Part shown: piece by piece, positions 48,180-51,571 of the stretch
Numbering within the stretch: position 1 is the first letter of the stretch
How the letters are laid out: every line of letters starts with the position of its first letter
NCBI GenBank assembly: GCA_044507735.1
Contig: JBIQJB010000014.1
Coordinates: forward strand, 1 to 51,571
Direction: 5' to 3'
Length of the DNA: 51,571 bases
DNA from: Nitrosopumilales archaeon
Lineage (GTDB): Archaea > Thermoproteota > Nitrososphaeria > Nitrososphaerales > Nitrososphaeraceae
Made by a program: the position numbers and the translations under genes
The notes under the pieces: generated by a model
Databases searched by the model: none
The model's input: the letters and a program-made list of their open reading frames with translations, nothing else
Told to the model about the DNA's origin: nothing

Positions 48180-49448
48180 ATGAACAAACCCGTTATAGCA
48201 GGAATTGCGGCAGGTGTCCTGCTGGCTGGATTCATTGTTCTTGGCCCCTTGTTTCAAGTCGACTTGGGCGCACAAGCACAATCCACCGGCGTGACAAAAA
48301 AGGTGACTCTAATAGCGGACGAGGTGGACGTGCAGATAGCTCCGGATAATGCACTGCATCCAGGCGGCGTAATGTACAGGGCAATGGTGTTCAATGGAAC
48401 AATTCCAGGTCCAGTCATAGCAGTTGATGAAGGAGATACAATTGAATTCACATTGATAAATGAAGGCGAAGTGATACACAGCATTGACTTCCACGCGGGT
48501 TATGGCCCATCATCTGCGATTGGAGCAAATGCAAGCGACAAAGGTTCAACAGTGCAGAGTGGTGAATCCGTGACATGGACATGGCAAGCTCCGTTTGCGG
48601 GAGCATTCTTCTATCACTGTGGCGCTGACGGCCTCAACGGCGTATGGGAGCACATTGCCAACGGCATGTACGGTGGCATCATTGTGCATCCGCAGAACGA
48701 AGAACCGGCAAAGGAATTCTATGTAGTCTTTGGTGAAATTTACAGCAACAACGTCGAAGGAGTATTTGTTGCATCGAATGGCACAGGGACGTTTGATGTA
48801 GGGCAGTTCCTTACAGGCAACCCCGACATCGTATTGACAAACGGCATGGCACACAAGTATGTTCCGGCTCTAGGAGCAGTATCACAGCTACCATTGAATT
48901 CCAACGCGGAAATATTCAAGGTGAAACCTGGCGAACTTACAAGATGGTACATAGTCAATGCAGGACCTAATGACGGCGTATCATTTCACTTCATCAGTGG
49001 CATAATTGATGTGCGTGATGGCTTTGTCAAGAACAGATTAGGCACGCAAGCATTGAACGAGGAGACATGGTGGATACCTCCAGGATCGGCCTCAGTAATC
49101 GAGGCAACATTCCCCGAGGAGGGCATCTATGTTGGCGTTGACCATTCAATGAACGACGTTGTTAAGGGAGGCGCCTTCGTAGTCCAAGCAACAGAAGATT
49201 CAACTGACAACGATCATCCAGCAGGAACATGGGTGCCTCCAAAAGGAAGCAGCGAAGTCTCTAGCCCATCAATGATGGCGCCTACTGTGTCGAATGCAAC
49301 TGACACGGGCACGAATGCAACTGACACGGGCACGAATGCAACTGACACGGGCACGAATGCAACTGACACTGGGAATCAAACAAGCACAGTCAACAACGCC
49401 ACAGATACAGGAAACCAGACAGCAAGTGCCGGAAATAGCACTGGCTAA
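48180..49448 (+). CDS. nirK: Copper-containing nitrite reductase, AOA type
   Basis: HSIDFH, YHC, WEHIANGMYG, SFHF and VDH supply the T1/T2 Cu ligands and catalytic Asp/His. Signal peptide present. Confidence 0.88.
   Translation: MNKPVIAGIAAGVLLAGFIVLGPLFQVDLGAQAQSTGVTKKVTLIADEVDVQIAPDNALHPGGVMYRAMVFNGTIPGPVIAVDEGDTIEFTLINEGEVIHSIDFHAGYGPSSAIGANASDKGSTVQSGESVTWTWQAPFAGAFFYHCGADGLNGVWEHIANGMYGGIIVHPQNEEPAKEFYVVFGEIYSNNVEGVFVASNGTGTFDVGQFLTGNPDIVLTNGMAHKYVPALGAVSQLPLNSNAEIFKVKPGELTRWYIVNAGPNDGVSFHFISGIIDVRDGFVKNRLGTQALNEETWWIPPGSASVIEATFPEEGIYVGVDHSMNDVVKGGAFVVQATEDSTDNDHPAGTWVPPKGSSEVSSPSMMAPTVSNATDTGTNATDTGTNATDTGTNATDTGNQTSTVNNATDTGNQTASAGNSTG
49291..49369 (+). repeat. 21-bp tandem repeat (about 3.8 copies) encoding NATDTGT in the nirK tail
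   Basis: CGAATGCAACTGACACGGGCA x3 plus a partial fourth copy. Confidence 0.95.
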
Positions 49449-49475
49449 AAAGGAGCATCAGTCAGCACCAGCTGA

Positions 49476-49504
49476 CTTTCTCCACTTTCTTTTTTGATTT
49501 TTTG
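49476..49504 (+). terminator. Oligo-T archaeal terminator after nirK
   Basis: T-rich run TTTTCTCCACTTTCTTTTTTGATTTTTT. Confidence 0.55.
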
Positions 49505-49597
49505 CACATTTTATACAATCATTCCGAACAGATCATATATTTTGACTAATGCAAAATGCTTTAATAAAAGCGATGCCTAGCTGACTGGGTTTTGATT

Positions 49598-49942
49598 ATG
49601 AAAAGAATCGAAGCGATTGTTCCTTCCGCGAGACTCGACAAGGCGTTTGCGGCACTGAAAGAATTAGACTTGGGGGGCTTTACATATTACGACTCCAAAG
49701 GACAGGGCCAGATCCCACGCCCAGAGATCCACTCTGGAAGAGGGACAGGCACATACCGACCTGAGTTTAACGTAAACTCTACAATAGTCGTTGTCACAAA
49801 GGACTCGATGGTTGACCAGGTGATCGAAAAGATCCTGCAGAGCACCAGCACAGGCCTGGCAGGAGAGGGAAAGATATTCGTTTCTGATGTCGAGGAAGCA
49901 ATCGACATTGGTTCGAAGCAGCGCGGCGAGGGCGCGCTGTAA
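49598..49942 (+). CDS. glnB: PII-family signal transduction protein
   Basis: MKRIEAIV, STG..GEGKIFVSDVEEA. Confidence 0.9.
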   Translation: MKRIEAIVPSARLDKAFAALKELDLGGFTYYDSKGQGQIPRPEIHSGRGTGTYRPEFNVNSTIVVVTKDSMVDQVIEKILQSTSTGLAGEGKIFVSDVEEAIDIGSKQRGEGAL

Positions 49943-49951
49943 AAAAATTCT

Positions 49952-50074
49952 CTATTTTGCCAGATCCTCTATTGCCTGGCTTGCGTTGAGCATACCCTTT
50001 CTTTTAGCATACTCTTCGACTGCCTTCAGCTGTTCGGGAGTGAAGCATACTGGCATTGTTCTCTTGTCGTTCAT
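49952..50074 (-). CDS. 40-aa ribbon-helix-helix-like microprotein (not in ORF track)
   Basis: Hand translation MNDKRTMPVCFTPEQLKAVEEYAKRKGMLNASQAIEDLAK*, with strand-helix-G-helix pattern. Confidence 0.7.
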   Translation of the reverse strand: MNDKRTMPVCFTPEQLKAVEEYAKRKGMLNASQAIEDLAK

Positions 50075-50654
50075 GACCAAATATCCTGGATGCAAGATTA
50101 TAACTCTTTCTGCTTTATCTGACATCCTCTCAACACTGAAGGGTTTGAGGTTCCTGCCTGATCACCGGGTTCCTGTCCACTGTCATCACGGAGGAGGTTC
50201 AGGGTTGTGCCGGCTACAGCTGCAGCTCCCGATACAGAGACAGTATGCCCGTCCTTCAGTGGAGCTTCTCCTCACCGTCATCTTCTTCACTTGCTCTGTC
50301 GCTGTATTCCAGGCGACCGGTTGACTGTGCATTGCACCGCGCAAATCCCTCGAAAAGCCTCTTGCTTTGATCTCAGGCTCACCATCAAAGCAACCCCGCT
50401 GGATGGACGGTTGTCATAGCTATCTGCAGTACCTAAAGTGCATGATGGTGATTCATCCCTACCACGTAAAATAGCTCGAGCATTCTCACAACCTTGTCCT
50501 GTAACATATTCATGACATGGTCGCGCTTCTGATGAAGGGTGTGCATCGCGAATGTTCCAATAAACAAAAATGGAGAGGGAAGTTGACTTGCCCGTTTGGC
50601 ACAGCAGAGACAATGGTCTCGGAAAAAAAGGCTGAGACTTATGTAAAGTTCGCT

Positions 50655-50999
50655 CTAGAGCGCTGCATCGCCTGTTTCCTTACTTCCAATGTCATAAGCC
50701 TCTGCAACGTCGTAGACAAAGATCTTGCCGTCGGAAGCGGAGCCCGTGCTTATGACTTTCAATACTTCGTCAATGATACCTTTGGCCATTTGGTCCGGTA
50801 CCAGCACTTCAATCTTGGTGCGGAAGCCAAATTCGGGAACATAACGCATCACACCCCTGCCGACCGAAACAGGCTCTCTCTTGGCTCTGCCTCTCCCCTT
50901 GATGTCGTAAAAGGTCATGCCACCGACTTTGTGCTTGTGTAAAATCTCGTTTATCTCCGTTAGACGCTCGTGTGGTATGATAAGGTCCAATCTTTTCAT
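50655..50999 (-). CDS. glnB: PII-family signal transduction protein (second paralog)
   Basis: MKRLDLIIP, GMTFYDIKGRG, STG..SDGKIFV. Start taken at ATG 50999. Confidence 0.9.
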   Translation of the reverse strand: MKRLDLIIPHERLTEINEILHKHKVGGMTFYDIKGRGRAKREPVSVGRGVMRYVPEFGFRTKIEVLVPDQMAKGIIDEVLKVISTGSASDGKIFVYDVAEAYDIGSKETGDAAL

Positions 51000-51571
51000 A
51001 TGAATTATCAATTCAGCGGGCCTATTTATGAATATATCATAATTTTTCATTTTTATGTCATAGTTCCGCTCTCGAACTGCCGATTATGAATAAGATCTTG
51101 TGAGTTCTTGAAAGGCCTGTCGCACTTATGGCATGTAAAATACCCGCTGCTAGGCAGTAGATCAAGAGATCTTACCGATGACTGTTGGATCAATTCATTG
51201 ATTCTTGCTGCTGATGCACACGCCACAAAGACCACCAGAGATACATTGATGGGCTGAAAAATACGAGATGGAGGAATTCTCGTTATATTCACTACTCTTC
51301 TCTTTCTGACACGTTAGATGGCAGGGCATCAGACCCGGCGTTCATACTTACGCAGTTTGAGCAACCATAAGAGGTTTGACACCCTGCAAGATTACAGAAT
51401 TTTTCGTCATGCTGTAAACGGTGTGTGGTCCTTCTTCTTTTCTCGTACTCTTCATAAACGCCAGAGCACACAACGCAGGCAAAGACATTGAAAATATCAA
51501 GAACTGACAGCATGGTTATTCGCAAGATGAAAAAGGAGGAAAGGATGTTCACTTGCTCACTGTTTTGCAGA

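Noticed and set aside
49291-49369. 21-bp repeats considered as a CRISPR array
   Set aside because: No spacers. It is an in-frame coding tandem repeat.
50100-50650. GC-richer stretch considered as SRP or RNase P RNA, with a faint resemblance to 25450-25520
   Set aside because: No SRP helix-8 or RNase P consensus found. The similarity is short and probably coincidental.
513-50942. Many antisense or alternate-frame ORFs overlapping assigned genes
   Set aside because: Shadow ORFs of well-supported genes.
51053-51552. ORFs with CHKC...F and CVVC fragments
   Set aside because: Incomplete C2H2 (second His missing). At most a decayed zinc-finger gene.

Overview
Archaeal chromosomal window, almost certainly from a soil-type ammonia-oxidising archaeon (Nitrososphaera-like). 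The assignment rests on archaeal housekeeping genes (non-discriminating aspS-gatCAB, purP, EF-1alpha/rps10, FBP aldolase/phosphatase, tpiA, ppdK, rpoP), an AOA-type copper nitrite reductase, and PEF(G)-CTERM and CFI-box-CTERM exported proteins. No rRNA, tRNA, CRISPR or intact transposase was seen. Main items for follow-up: (1) an ~11 kb copper-acquisition island (25.6-36.8 kb). It holds four exported proteins whose predicted mature chains begin with His, a CopC-CopD-YtkA-beta-propeller fusion, one Ig-like module shared by seven genes, a blue-copper protein, and a His-rich membrane protein paired with a wHTH regulator. (2) A methanogen-like ycaO-tfuA thioamidation pair with no visible substrate. 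(3) A stress/energy gene cluster (0.4-5 kb) whose promoters share a (TGCAN)x3 box at identical spacing before a TATA-like element, next to an RHH regulator. (4) An AT-rich two-gene insert encoding a secreted protein and a membrane protein. (5) A tandem active/inactive deaminase. (6) nirK with a tandem-repeat sequon tail next to two atypical PII proteins and an unlisted 40-aa RHH ORF. All family assignments come from motif recognition by eye, not from database searches.
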